A stretch of DNA of 61,288 bases from Hyphochytrium catenoides (taxonomy: Eukaryota; Protista; Hyphochytriomycota), in the NCBI GenBank assembly GCA_900088475.1, contig FLMG01000372.1, positions 1 through 61,288 of the forward strand. Direction: 5' to 3'. Positions 1 to 11,679 of the stretch are shown here, in pieces (within the stretch, counting starts at the first letter, position 1; each line of letters starts with the position of its first letter). The notes below the pieces were generated by a model, which saw only the letters and a program-made list of their open reading frames with translations, did no database searches and had not been told where the DNA came from. A program made the position numbers and the translations under genes.

Positions 1-149
1 ACCCTTCTCCATGTATGGCTGAGTGACGGAGAAGTTGGTTCCCCAAAGCATCTGAATCCCAATCCATGAGGAGGCGACGCCTGCCAGTCTCCAGAGAGGA
101 TAGTCAACCTCTTCCTCACCCTCGGGTTTGTCGCGCTGCTCTACATAGC

Positions 150-1250
150 CACCTGGAGCCATTGTAATGGTTGGCAAAGTGTAGGTAATGGGAGGCCTTG
201 AGTATTTGGTGTATTTACTATAGGGCTAAGCCTCCTAAAGTAGTAGGGATAGGCTCTTGTTGATCTCGTTGGATATTTGAGAGTGAGATTAGTCTGGACA
301 AGTGACAAGGGCCGCTCATAGGCCCAAGGCTGCAATATGCATTGAAGTTGAGCTCCGAATAAGTACAAAGAAGAGAGACAAATGTATCAAAGATGGCAAG
401 GATTGAGAGGGTAGGAGGAGGGAGATGGGAGGTAGTACAGCAATGGGTTGTGGAGGAAGTTTCCTCTGGAAAGTTGAGGCTGGGTAAGCTATACCTGTTA
501 CCGTGAGGGACGTGACGAGGATGTGGGAGCATGTTGTGCAGGGCTTTTTGCTGCTACTCTGTCCCTCTTCCCCCATTTGTTTCCCCAACAAGATGCCCCT
601 AGACCCCTGCTACTCTTCTATTGCACCCGTTTATGCTGCCACTCTGGTTGTATGGTGGTTGTAGAGTCATCATAGCTATAGCTTCCTTCAGAATGTGCCT
701 GCTCCAAGGCTCGCCCCATCCATGGTCGTAATGAAATAACTGCCAGAACCGCTGCGCAGAACTTGGTGGATGTGGGACTGCCATGATAAGGGAGGAAAAA
801 GAACCAGCACATACCTCCATGGTTTCATTAACGCAGCGATATTTCTGTTTGAGAAGCGGTCGGTGCTCCTTGTACCCCATATATGATTCCCCGCTCCACA
901 GGTTGATGAAGCTGCCTCCCCCCCTCCTCCTCCTCCTACCCACACTGCATACTTAGGTGGGAAGCAAGCCACTTCTCGCAAGGTCGTAATGAAGGACTGT
1001 AACTTGAGCTTGGGGAACGGAGGAGAAGCTGCAACGAGAAGATGGACCCTCAACTCTGGTCGTAATGACGATGATGGCGGCGCCATCTTCAACCTCCACT
1101 TACAGATCCACTTGCTGCAGCAACAGGAGAAAGTAAGCTCTTCATCCAGCAATCGCCGAGGGTGGACAGGAAGGACAGAGACCATGGTGGGGGCAGGAGG
1201 AAAAAAGTATTTGGCCAAGGGTGGAAAAGTGGGAGATTGGGACCAATGCT
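150..1250 (-). mobile_element. Heavily decayed CRE-like (RLE-clade) non-LTR retrotransposon, reverse-transcriptase region
   Basis: Frameshifted minus-strand fragments occur in the order expected for CRE-type RTs: AFTSI (~NAFNSI), YGVQGAP (~GVQQGDP), RGILLGKQMG (~GI.LLG.PIG), RKLPP (~LRTLPP), IFD, QQEPIPTTLGGLAL (~QA.LP..GGLGL). Many stops and frameshifts; CpG-poor. No intact YLDD seen; boundaries approximate. Confidence 0.5.
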
Positions 1251-1690
1251 TGTAAAAGCTCCGTTTATAACACTATATCAACCACCCCCGGGCAAACGTG
1301 GTGCATCGAACCCACCTGAGTGACATTAATATTCTGGGTCTTGTAGTTCTCGTAGTGGTAAGGCCTTAGAATCAGATGCCCTTGAAAAGCAAGCCACCTA
1401 AAAGGCAAGATCTGGTTGTGTTCTTGGGGTCGTGGTAGGTACCACTATTTCTCCCAGGCAGCACCCCTTTTTCCACCTCAATCCAAAACTCATACAGTAT
1501 TATTACCACGGGAATAATGTGTTAGTCTAGGATAAGGGCTATGTTGTCGTGGCGTATTATTACCGAAATAGGCCGTACCCCCCTGTTTGCAAGCCCAAGA
1601 GCGAACAGCAGATGGCAGGCAGGGGGCCGGGGGGGCGCCATCTTTGAGGCTCCGGCTTTCTCTCACTCGCCATTATTCTGCCTCAGGGAC

Positions 1691-1900
1691 ATGTTCATGC
1701 TGGTCAAGGATAGACAGCCGCTAAGAGTACTGGTTCCGAATGAAGACGCCTCTTCTATCTATGAAGACGAACAAGGACTGGACGTGTGCTTGCTGTATGA
1801 AGTGCTTGGTACAAAAGATACTTGGATGGCTTACCTTCGTTCTCTTTGGTTTGTCCTCCCTCTTCTGCCTCCTCATCGATGGCTCGTGGCCAAAGCTTGA
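1691..1900 (+). pseudogene. Possible relic of a SET-domain (SETD3/Rubisco-LSMT-like) methyltransferase
   Basis: GLDVCLLYEVLGTKDTWMAYLRSL resembles the L..LL.E......W..Y..SLP motif of this family; the frame is broken by a stop within the 19-bp duplication. Confidence 0.3.
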
Positions 1901-1927
1901 GAAGAAGGCCAAAGCTTGAGAAGAAGG
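1888..1927. repeat. Perfect 19-bp tandem duplication (GGCCAAAGCTTGAGAAGAA x2)
   Basis: Directly visible. Confidence 0.9.
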
Positions 1928-4124
1928 TGGTGGCGGCGAACAATGGTGACCTTAGACTGAAGGTGGTGGTGGCGGGCGAAGATTGATGGTCCTCCAAACC
2001 AAGGGAGAAGGAACTTAGTAGAAGAAGGCAGCACCAATGGAGATGTTATGATCTTCTTCAACCAACACATAGGAGGGACACGACTACGTGAAAGAATGAA
2101 GGCAAGAAGTAAGAAGAACAAACCGCCAGCAGGTGCGGAACAAAAGTCATCTCGACTATCTTCTGTGTAGCGCTCCTCTCCACCAGTGTACTGGTAAAGC
2201 GACAGCGGAAAGGCAAGCAGATATTTGAGAGGAGAAGAGAAGAAGCATCATAATTATGGGAGCAGCTTCTCGATTGAAATAAAGTGATAGGGCTGGCACC
2301 ACCCGTTCCCAACAGTGGCCTCTATTTAACTCGCCGATCCCAGCCCTGGCAGACCTCCTAAAACCTTGCAAAAGAACAGTGTTGCGTTCTCTCTCTTTCT
2401 CGCCCTTTGGACCCCCCAATGTGATGAGGAGACGCTGGGAAGAGATAATGCGAAAATTCTTTTCTCTGATTGCTACATGGCGGTGTCTTTCTCTGCTCCC
2501 TTTACTATATTTAGTCCCACCCATACTGTCAAGAGGATAGTCTGGACTAATAACCCTAAGAATCAGCTTCGCTTTCTTGGCATGTCCGGCGCAAGGTGTC
2601 GTTTGGTAGGGAACGTGTCGAGCAAGCCAAAATGTAGATGAAATAAGTTTCTCGCAGCCTGAGATAATTGCAAACTAGTGGCTCTCTAGAAGGCAACAAC
2701 GCCAACACAATAAAAAGAAGGACCCCTTCAAATCACACTGTAACAAGACCAAGAAGCCACCTCCTGCTACCTTCCAGTTGACTGCTTACCTCTTCTTCAC
2801 GTCATATTAATGCTGCGAGGAAGAAGGTGGCGATGAAGTCGCAGAGCTTGGTTGCTGCACCAAAGAATTTGTTAATAAGGCAGAACTAGAACTATTTGCT
2901 AGAAATCCAAGACTTCATCATAATGTGCTTTCTCGGCTGACCCAAATTGGTCGCATGATGGGGGAATGTGACCGACAGCCACTGCTAGGGCAGCACTCTG
3001 TGCATGGCGAGGTCCGCTGTTAACAAAGATTTGCAAGCCCGAAGGGAGCAACGTTAACTAGCCCTACAGTGTCCACACTTCTGTGTTCTTATCATGGGAG
3101 GCAGGAGTTTGAAAAGTCGTCGCAAACGTGCTTTTCTATTGTATCAATAGGACGAGGAGAAGAACGAATAGACTGCCGTGTGAGCAGTGATAATAATACA
3201 TGGTGTAGATAACAAGCCACCATTTCTCATCAACAGGTGGAGTTATCGGCTTGTCTTCGTCAGAGTCCTTGGTATAAGCTTCTTTGAAAAATTTTTGGGC
3301 AAATACTTTTTCACCTTACAAATCGTACAAAACGTGTCACGGTTGCGGCGATGGGATACACTTTCTTGAATGTGCTTTCGCTCATTGGTGTCATCACATC
3401 TGACTGGGCGTTACTTCCATTTATCTCATCACTGTTTCTTGAAGTTGGTGATGCAGCCTCTTTGTCACTTATCACCACCACCACCGCACCATGAACTCTT
3501 TAACTGCTCCAAATCAGACTCCTCTCATGAATGGGATCCTTATGTATTGTAAGGTCATAGAGAACAGGTGATATTTGTTACTTGCTTGTGAAGGGTCTAC
3601 GGATCCCAGTAGCAGTAGTAGTATTCAGAGCATCGTCCTTGAACTTTCCAGCGGCAAGGGGCTGGTACTTCTCTAAGACAGAACGAGTCGTGATAGTTGG
3701 GATTTGCGGGTTCCTGTTCTCTGCAGATTCTCGCTGTAACCAAAGCGCAGAGCATGTTAAGGTATTGTACCTACAACAGTATTGTACATTACTGGACCAT
3801 ACCTTCAGGTGAATGGAAGACGAGATGGACCGGCTGGAGAGCTTCTTTGGTGTCCTTATCCTTGTGGGCTGTAGCAACCGAGATTTGCCACCTACGCCAT
3901 AGAATGATGTAAGTTTCATAACACTTTACAGCCACTATGGCTGACACTTGTTATAGTGTACCAAGAGTCGTGTCCAGCGTCGAACGAGAGCGCGCAGAGG
4001 AAGGTTCTGAATGACGGGTGCGATGTTAGCAAGCTGGACCTAGGCTGCCCTACAAAGACTCGCCGCACTACCTTCTTTAGCCTTCTCACTATGCCCAAAG
4101 CCCAGAGATCGCTCTTGCCTGGTA

Positions 4125-5040
4125 CTAAAAGGATGCGTCAGATCTGATTAGAGGCAGGTTAGGAGGACCGCAGAGCACTATACACTTACCGGTTGGTAGT
4201 GGCGTCAGATAGGTGCCTAGAATAGATACCGGTGATAGGAGGCTCCGAAGGAAGAGAGCTTGGTTTGCGTTCTTCCGGGCTTGTTAATGCGGATAAACTC
4301 ATCTGGTGGTAGACAGGAAGAAGTGAGGTACTTTTAAGTTGGTTTTGTACGGCTCTGGTACCTCGTCAAAGGTGCGCGTAATCTCTTTGTAAAGTGCATT
4401 AGCCGCGGGACGTCCTCTTCTAAGAGACTTGCGACGTCCTGGCGTCTTCTTAAACTTAAAGACCATACCGTCCGGCGATGTGTGCGTCCCTACTACATCT
4501 TGGTTTCCTATGGCGCTTTCCTTCATGGAATGGAAACGGTTGTTCAATGACGAGGAAAGCCTACACAAGTACCGCTAAACTCACCTTGCCATCAATAGTT
4601 CCTTGCTTTGCAGTGAACGCCTCGCGCATATTCTGTAGCAAGTGAAGTGCTAGAAGGTGCATAGTAATATAAGCTATTCTGAAGAATGTGGGAGCGATGC
4701 CGGAAATTTGACGCCATGGCATGGTACCTTCATCAGAGAGCGGAGACTCCGGCCCGAAGTCCGGGCTGCTATTGGGTGCCGAAGTACCAATCAGAGTTTC
4801 TCCCTTCGCAGGGGTCGTTACTGGAATAAGCGCGCGGGTTTCATCACTACTCATCCTAACTGGGGCAATGCCACAAATCCTCCAGACTACAAAGGATAGG
4901 CAAACGTCACCAAATGCACAACCACAAGCTAAGGACTTTGTGCTACCTGGGGGTCTTTCGTCCTCAAGCGCTCAACGCCGCGCAAAAAAGCACCTTCTCT
5001 TCTTTCAAATTCTCTGGCCCCTACTTGCGTCCTCTCAGTG
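4125..5040 (-). CDS. Hypothetical spliced protein, Ser/Pro-rich with a basic patch; 5' end undefined
   Basis: GT-AG introns join exons into ...SPLSDE/ALHLLQNMREAFTAKQGTIDGK/ESAIGNQD...FKFKKTPGRRKSLRRGR...TFDE/MSLSAL...DATTNR/SDASF, ending at a TAG at 4125-4127. No recognised domain. Confidence 0.4.
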
Positions 5041-5963
5041 CAAGTAAGTCCCACACCTTGATGAGACGACTTGACAAATGATAGACAGTCGATAAGCGTC
5101 AGAGTTGTCTGTAAAGTCGTCCTTCCAATCAACAAGAGGAAGTAAATTTCTCAATAATTTGAGATACGAAAAGAAGCGTATCAGCCGTACTCTCCTGCGG
5201 CTTCTGACCGTGATGACTTATTGGCTTATTGGCAAGAGATGTCTCTGTGAGACTGGGTGCATATGAGATGATGATGGGCAGCATGCTTGAGAGTGGAAGT
5301 TTGGTGCCTGTCTTCTTTGTCTTCAACTCATCGTTGCCCCCAATTTGAAGCCTAACGGCTAGGTGAACTGGTTACTACAGTTATTGATTCTCCAGATGAT
5401 CTAGCGTAATAATATGAGAAGCGCTTTCAAAGGCACTTGAACAGCTTTTGATCTTGGGCTTTACTCAAAGACAGAGAATAATACGACCATCAAGTATCGA
5501 TTGAGAGAATCAACCTTGAACATCAACCGACAAGCGGGCGAGAACGAAAAGGGATCTCTATCCTCCTTAGCCTACAGTCCTAGACGTGTCGTGCTTCTCA
5601 AGGCTTCTTCCATCGGCGCTAGTAGCCACACTTCTTCAACAGACTCACAGCTCCTCGTTGCTGTGCCAGAGTGCTGTCTGGAGTCTTCATCCAGTCTCAT
5701 TCGTGCTTCGCTAGCAGTTGGTATCAAGAGGAGATTACCAAGACGTTCATGGCATTGTGTTAAGGGGAGTCTGCCGAGACGATCGGGGCATTGTCAAGGA
5801 AAGCTTACCGACCCGTTCAGGGCAATCAGATCCCAAACGATATTTGCACGGATCGTCTGTGGTGGCTTCCGCGAAGCAAGAAGCTCTTGTGGCACACGCA
5901 GTCCTAAAAGAGATTGGAAGAGAAAGGACCTCCTGCTTGGGGCAAAGGGCAGTTGGCTAAAGC

Positions 5964-8039
5964 ATGCCGTACACCAGCAGGGTATTTCACTTAATCGCAA
6001 GCCTGGCATTGAGCCGGGCGCTAGTTTCCAATAAGAGAAGGTCCTGTCTGCCCTGTCCGCCCTTTGGTCCTGCCTACTCAACCTTACTCGTAGCCTGTGT
6101 ACCGCCACGTTTCTCTTTGTACTCTGCCTCTGTTTCTCTATTCAATGGTAGCTAACCCCTTGTCCAACCTGCGACCAACAGGTTCTTCCTCTCTCCCACC
6201 AGCCGCCGGTATCTCCTAGTCTTCTTCGTCTACACACTTCTACGCTATGTGATGATGATTTCTACTCAGTTCCGTTTGCTGCGGAAGGTGAAGGTGGAGC
6301 TAAACATGCGGTTCCTCAAGTACATTATTCGCCGTTCCATCAAGGATAAGATTCTTGCATACCTGAACTTCGTTGGAGAAGTCTCGCTTGCCATAGGGTA
6401 AGTCAACCTGGATATTCCTTGCAGCTGGGTACCGTCGCTTATCTTTCATGGAACAGTGAACCTGCAGTTCTGGGAGCTATCCTACAGTCACGCTTATCAC
6501 GACGACTCCATTGCAATGCTCCATATGGCACTCGACGGCGCAATAACCTTGATGTGTACAGCGTAGTTGGCAGCGGCGTGGAAGGTACACTTCAGCCGCA
6601 CTTGCAGTAGTAGGCTAATGTATTGTGGACTAATCACTTCCTATCAGCAACTGGAAAGAGCCCCGTGGTCATCTTTGTCCATGGTGGAGCTTGGGCTTTT
6701 GGGCATAAGTGGCAGTGCGGGGTTGTGGGTGAAGAGCTGGCAAGACAAGGATTCGTCACCGTGGTTCCTGATTATTCAGTGTACCCAGAAGGGAATGTGG
6801 AAGACATGTTAGACGACCTTGAGAGAGTGGTAGGACCTCTTTTGATTCTGCCCGAGTCTTTATCACGACTCTAAGTTAGTACTTACCTCTGGAGATTCGC
6901 TGGACAAGGGACCACATCCACTATTACGGAGGTGATATGGACCAGATCTATCTTGTAGGCCACTCTTCAGGTGCAGTTAGAGCCCTCATGCGATGTTATC
7001 AGGTGCATTCTTCTTAAGAATTTGCTTCGCAGGAGCACACCTTTGTTCGCTGCTGCTGGTGCAGCGAGCCATTCAAAAGGCTGGTGTGAAAGGGCTGGGA
7101 GCAGAGATGAAGGTGGGTGACAGGATGTATTAGAAGTACTGGACTGCCACTCTCTAACCTACACCATCAGCCTCTGGACTGGGAAGCCTATTTATACAAT
7201 GAAGACAGTCCACCGGTCCCTTTTCTTCAGGAAGACAGGGTGGAGAGGACAGAGGAAGTGGATAGCATCAAGGTTCAACGCTGATTGCCTTACAATCTGC
7301 CGTCTAATCTGCAGCACTAAGCTTATATGTCTAGGGCTTTATTGGGCTAAGTGGACCGTATGACATAGTAGATCACTATGTTCATGAGTCACAGCGCGTC
7401 ATTCCACCATTTTTCCAGAATGGCGTGCATAGGATATCTCCAATGCTACCTGCTATGCTAGGAGAGGCGAATTTTGAGCTGTACTCTCCTCAGCGGCTTC
7501 TCCAGAAGATGTCGGCCAAAAGGGGTAAGATTCAGTCATGATGCGATAATGAAGTTACCTCCATTCTCATTCTGCATCCGGCAGTTCGACTTGATTTTCC
7601 ACCAATGTGTCTCGTTCATGGGGCAAGAGACGAGGTGAGACATCGTAAAGTATCTTTGTCAATGGTAACCTTGGCCCTGACACCCTTCTGCCGTCCAAAT
7701 GATAGACGGTGCCGCTGGGCTCCTCCAGGCGCTTTCATGAACTTCTGGTATGTACCTTCTTGTCAAATCCTTTCCCTTGTAGAAGCCGCTGATCCATTAC
7801 TTCTAACGACTTTTTGGCTCTGTGATCGGCTCCAACAGAAAAAGTTCAATGCGCGATCAACAATTGTGGTGCTCCCGGAAGGGACGCACGTGGACACTCT
7901 GCTAGGGCTATTTATGGACACTGAGAAGTATCACCCTACCCTTGTTGGCGAGATTAAGAAGATCATCACAGTTCAGCAAGCAGACAAGAGCCAATCTCAA
8001 GCAGCCGCCAATCCGTCAGGAATCCTTCTGTCAGGATAG
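5964..8039 (+). CDS. Isoprenylcysteine alpha-carbonyl methylesterase (ICME)-like alpha/beta hydrolase, multi-exon
   Basis: Spliced product contains PYG..RNNLDVY, PVVIFVHGGAWAFGHK, PDYSVYPEG, GGDMDQIYLVGHSSGAH (nucleophile elbow), GLSGPYDI..HY.HE, LVHGARDETVP and a distal His (GTHVD). About ten short GT-AG introns; hydrophobic N-terminus; TAG stop. Confidence 0.9.
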
Positions 8040-8348
8040 TCAACTTCTTTATTTTAATGAAAAAGGCGCCCTTTGCATCAGTGTGCGGCCATCAGAGGCT
8101 TCCTGTCTATCGCCATTCAACGCACACTCCGAGCCCTCTGGCCGATAGCCTCATGTCTAGACTCGTCTCATATGGGACTAGCCTGAGAGAGATCGAATCC
8201 CCGGATGGGCCTATCCTCATCTATATGCCCTAGCGAGTGGTCACTGTAACCAGCAGTCTTCAAGACTACTGTGACGAGACAATTCCGCCCGCCACACTCC
8301 TTCCTTTTCTCCACGTACTTAGCTTTTTAACCGCTCAAACGAGTGCCC

Positions 8349-10922
8349 TCATTCTAGCTCTTGAGCTTGGCGATGCCTCGGTAGTCGCCCTGCCATAACG
8401 TTCTTCCGCCGTTTTCTGTGATGTTTGGTTGCCGCAGCACACAGCCGCTCTACTGCAGACAAGGAGGAGTTGACTGAAAAGAATCTCTGCACATATTGTG
8501 GCCCCAGCGCGGAGAGCTTCTCCCATAACAGCTGGTTCTCATGCACCGCCACAACCTTCGCTGCAAAATGTTGGGGTTCACTGGCACTGATCGGTATTCC
8601 TTTCCACTTTGCGAAGCCCTCTGCCCCCTGAGGAGTGGTTACAAGTGGCAGCCCGTATTGCATGGCCAGAATATTCTTGGTACTAACTCCAGAACTGATG
8701 ATCCGAGGGGACACAAACACTCTAGCCTTGCCGAACACAGAGGCAACATCTCGTAGGGGACCCCGGTATCTTACACCATGCAAAGACTCAATGCGCTCGG
8801 CATCCTTGGCACTAATAGCCCCTTGTTGGGGTTGCAGGATGTCTCCTACAATGTCCAGTGTAACAGTTGGTATCTGCATCTGGATGTAAAAATACACCTC
8901 ATCGACAAACCACTTCAAAGACTCTACATTTGTCTTGGTTGCGGCTCCAAGGAACACTAAGCCTGTCCGTTCCGACCAACTCTTCAGTGTTGCACCTGGG
9001 TCAGGCCCAAGGTCCATAGTGCTATAGGGAAGTAAATAAACGTCATTTTCTTCCAACTCCGCGAAAGTCCCAATTTTCTTCCTATCTTGCTCCGTGATAG
9101 CGACAACTACATCTGCTGCCTTAAAGCTGCCATACTCGTCCATTGTGAAGCGCATGGCATCCTCTGCGTAATCCTTGTTGGATGTTACCGTAGCTTCAGA
9201 CTTCAGTCTACCAGAATTGAGATCATCGCTTATGACGACAAGAGCTGTGGCTGGCGCCAACAGTTTGAAAGAGTCGAAATGTCGGGCGACAGGAGGGATG
9301 GTCCTTCCCCAATAGAACTGGTGGAAGAAAGCAGCCTCGTAGCGTTTGCCTTGTATAAGGAGAGGTAAGTCTTCATTGGTGTAGATGCCTATGCCATGGT
9401 CTTGGAGGAGCTTGGTATGGTAGTCCCTAGCCCGGGCGTCATGAGTCAGAGGAATAAAGTCTACAGACACACCCAGCTTAGACAGAGCTAACATAAACGC
9501 CAAAAGCCGTGCTGCAGCGCCGCTGCTGTCATAGATGGGCATCATCATACCAATGACAAGGTAAGGCCCATATTTCTCTTTCGTCGCAGGGAGTAAGTGG
9601 TCTGGAAGGTCGATTCCTAAGCTTTCATTCATAGAATAGTGGGCGCCACAGCAGGCTAGAGAATGAGGTATTTCCTTCTTGTTGGTGGGGTGAAAGCAAG
9701 GGAGGAGTCCGGGCGTGTCATGCTTGATGTGAGGATCTTCCACAAATTGCGCTGGTGTCCTCCTTTGTTTTTGTAAGTCCTTCATATGAACCTCAGCCAT
9801 CCTGAGATAGAAAGTCCTGTCCTCATCCGAGAACCATTGTGGTCGGGAAACAGCGCTATAGCTCCTGCTCCGGATAATTCTCAGGTCGTATTTCGGCTGA
9901 TTGAGCACCTCGTAGCGGCTCCTATCCCAATTCCAACTGTTAGACGTATGCCGCACATAGACAAAGCTGCCATGGTCATTCTTCAACAGCTTCATCGCCG
10001 AACCCTTGTTGATGCTTCTCTCAGCGAAGCCGTAGTCCTCTCCTAAGGAGTAGAGAGCGAAATTGGTTCTTTCCCAGACGTCCTTCCAATAAGTCAATGT
10101 GCCAAAGTGTGGTCCCCAGTAGCAAGGAAACTGAGCTTGCCGGAACACGTCTTTGTCTATGACGCCATCGGCGCGTTTGCCGACAACGTAGTAGTGCAGC
10201 ATGTTCTCATAAACGGTAATGTCAGCTTCTTCTTTGAGGAGAGGAGAGATTTGCTCCATAACTCTTTCTGGGCCATAGTAATCGTCATCATCCCAATGCA
10301 TGATGATACTTCCGCTGGCCTTGGAATTTGCAGCGTTTCTTCGCGCACCAATGGCGATGTTCTTGGGATCGTGCCAGTGCGTAACATTAAAAGGGAAGCT
10401 TGCCCAGATTGTTGCGTCCAAAGGCTCCTCTGCAGCATCATAGATAATGACCTCGAGATTGCGGTAGGATTGCCTACTTATATATTTTAGTGCTTGCTGC
10501 ACATACTCAGACCGATCCTCTGTTATGATAATGAGGGACACAAGGGTGGTTTGAGGTACGCTTGTAGAGCTGTGTGCCAACATCTGATGTGAGGACTTCG
10601 AGGCACTTGGTCCCAATGTTTCCATGATCGTTCCCAGCATCGACCACGTCAGGGTGAGAATGATAGTAGCCAGCAGGCAATATAGAACGAGGTTAACTCT
10701 GCGCACACGGCTAACAGAGGATCGGCGTTGTCTAGGTAGGAAGGTCCAGTCTTCCTTCGCGGAGTGGCTATCTCCTGCGTCCCCGCTCCCTCCTCCTGTT
10801 CCTCTATGGCGCGCCTGGGTCTGGTTCCTTCCTGCAGCACTATTAAGTGCACGGGACTCATCGTCCAAAGCGTCAAACGAGGTCCGATGGGAAGGACTTC
10901 TTACGGTGGGGCTCTGGCTCAT
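8349..10922 (-). CDS. Type II membrane glycosyltransferase, GT2 (GT-A) plus GT4-like (GT-B) fusion, 857 aa, intronless
   Basis: TM anchor VNLVLYCLLATIILTLTWSML. GT2 motifs VSLIII, QSYRNLEVIIYD, IGARRN, IIMHWDDDDYY, GEDY. GT4-like motifs GAAARL, GLVFLG...NVESLKWF, ARVFVSP..ISSGVSTK..AMQYGLPLVTTPQGAEG. Confidence 0.9.
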   Translation of the reverse strand: MSQSPTVRSPSHRTSFDALDDESRALNSAAGRNQTQARHRGTGGGSGDAGDSHSAKEDWTFLPRQRRSSVSRVRRVNLVLYCLLATIILTLTWSMLGTIMETLGPSASKSSHQMLAHSSTSVPQTTLVSLIIITEDRSEYVQQALKYISRQSYRNLEVIIYDAAEEPLDATIWASFPFNVTHWHDPKNIAIGARRNAANSKASGSIIMHWDDDDYYGPERVMEQISPLLKEEADITVYENMLHYYVVGKRADGVIDKDVFRQAQFPCYWGPHFGTLTYWKDVWERTNFALYSLGEDYGFAERSINKGSAMKLLKNDHGSFVYVRHTSNSWNWDRSRYEVLNQPKYDLRIIRSRSYSAVSRPQWFSDEDRTFYLRMAEVHMKDLQKQRRTPAQFVEDPHIKHDTPGLLPCFHPTNKKEIPHSLACCGAHYSMNESLGIDLPDHLLPATKEKYGPYLVIGMMMPIYDSSGAAARLLAFMLALSKLGVSVDFIPLTHDARARDYHTKLLQDHGIGIYTNEDLPLLIQGKRYEAAFFHQFYWGRTIPPVARHFDSFKLLAPATALVVISDDLNSGRLKSEATVTSNKDYAEDAMRFTMDEYGSFKAADVVVAITEQDRKKIGTFAELEENDVYLLPYSTMDLGPDPGATLKSWSERTGLVFLGAATKTNVESLKWFVDEVYFYIQMQIPTVTLDIVGDILQPQQGAISAKDAERIESLHGVRYRGPLRDVASVFGKARVFVSPRIISSGVSTKNILAMQYGLPLVTTPQGAEGFAKWKGIPISASEPQHFAAKVVAVHENQLLWEKLSALGPQYVQRFFSVNSSLSAVERLCAAATKHHRKRRKNVMAGRLPRHRQAQELE

Positions 10923-11058
10923 CCTTTTGGTGAACGGACCTCAAGCTCTCGTCCTGCAGTACTCAGCTTTTTCAATTCCAGACTCTTACCCGGAACCTTT
11001 CATGCCTTACCATCACTCAGCAGCCTGAACGAAGCCCATTGACGGCAGCAAGCTACTT

Positions 11059-11679
11059 TTAGGCATTAAAGATGAAGCTCCTCGTTGCAGAAAGACCAGC
11101 TTCTTGAGGACAATTGGTGGCTGGGTGCAGACAGGATGTTTCTTGACCATCTACTTTTACTAAAGAGATTTGATACTTCGATTCCCAGTTCAGATGAGTG
11201 CGGAAACGAACGGTTGAAGCTGCTTCCATGGACGCTTGTTGCCAACCGAAGCTCTGACAGTCAGGCTGTGTGAGAGTGATAGAGATGTGATGGCGCCAGC
11301 TGCCAGCTGCCTCCCCTGTGCCCAAAAGTCATCGACAGACCCACCCACTGTTTCCTGTGGCACATCTCTCGCCTACTCTGTCTCGATCCTCATGGGACTA
11401 CCTGGTGCCTCTAGGACCTGTATCTCGCCACCTCACCTCTCTCTTAGGTTCTCTGTCTCAGGCCAATCTTCAACTCAGCTATTTGGGATCGACCCATAAG
11501 CATTTACTATAAATCACTCCTCAGGAAAAGGTATTCTCAATGTAGGTTCAATAGCTTTGCTCTTGACTCTTGAGCTATTGATGAGCTGTGAATGACATGA
11601 CGACCAGGACAGCAGCCAACAAGCAGATGAGAATCACACTGCAGCGACCTCTCCCTTCATGTCTATCCTCCTCTACCAT
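11059..11679 (-). pseudogene. Possible decayed type II membrane protein gene
   Basis: MVEEDRHEGRGRCSVILICLLAAVLVVMSFTAHQ followed by stops; CpG-poor; no recognisable domain. Confidence 0.2.

Noticed and set aside
4380-4470. Dsn1/Mis13 kinetochore-like RRKSLRRGR motif
   Set aside because: The motif lies near the predicted C-terminus without the downstream Mis13 domain; too little to name.
6398-6424. Ultra-short ~27-nt intron in the ICME-like gene
   Set aside because: Using the first CAG shifts the frame; the downstream AACAG acceptor gives a normal ~60-nt in-frame intron.
8140-8215. tRNA-like 3' end (GATCGAATCCCCGGATGGGCC)
   Set aside because: T-stem and acceptor stem do not pair; no cloverleaf.
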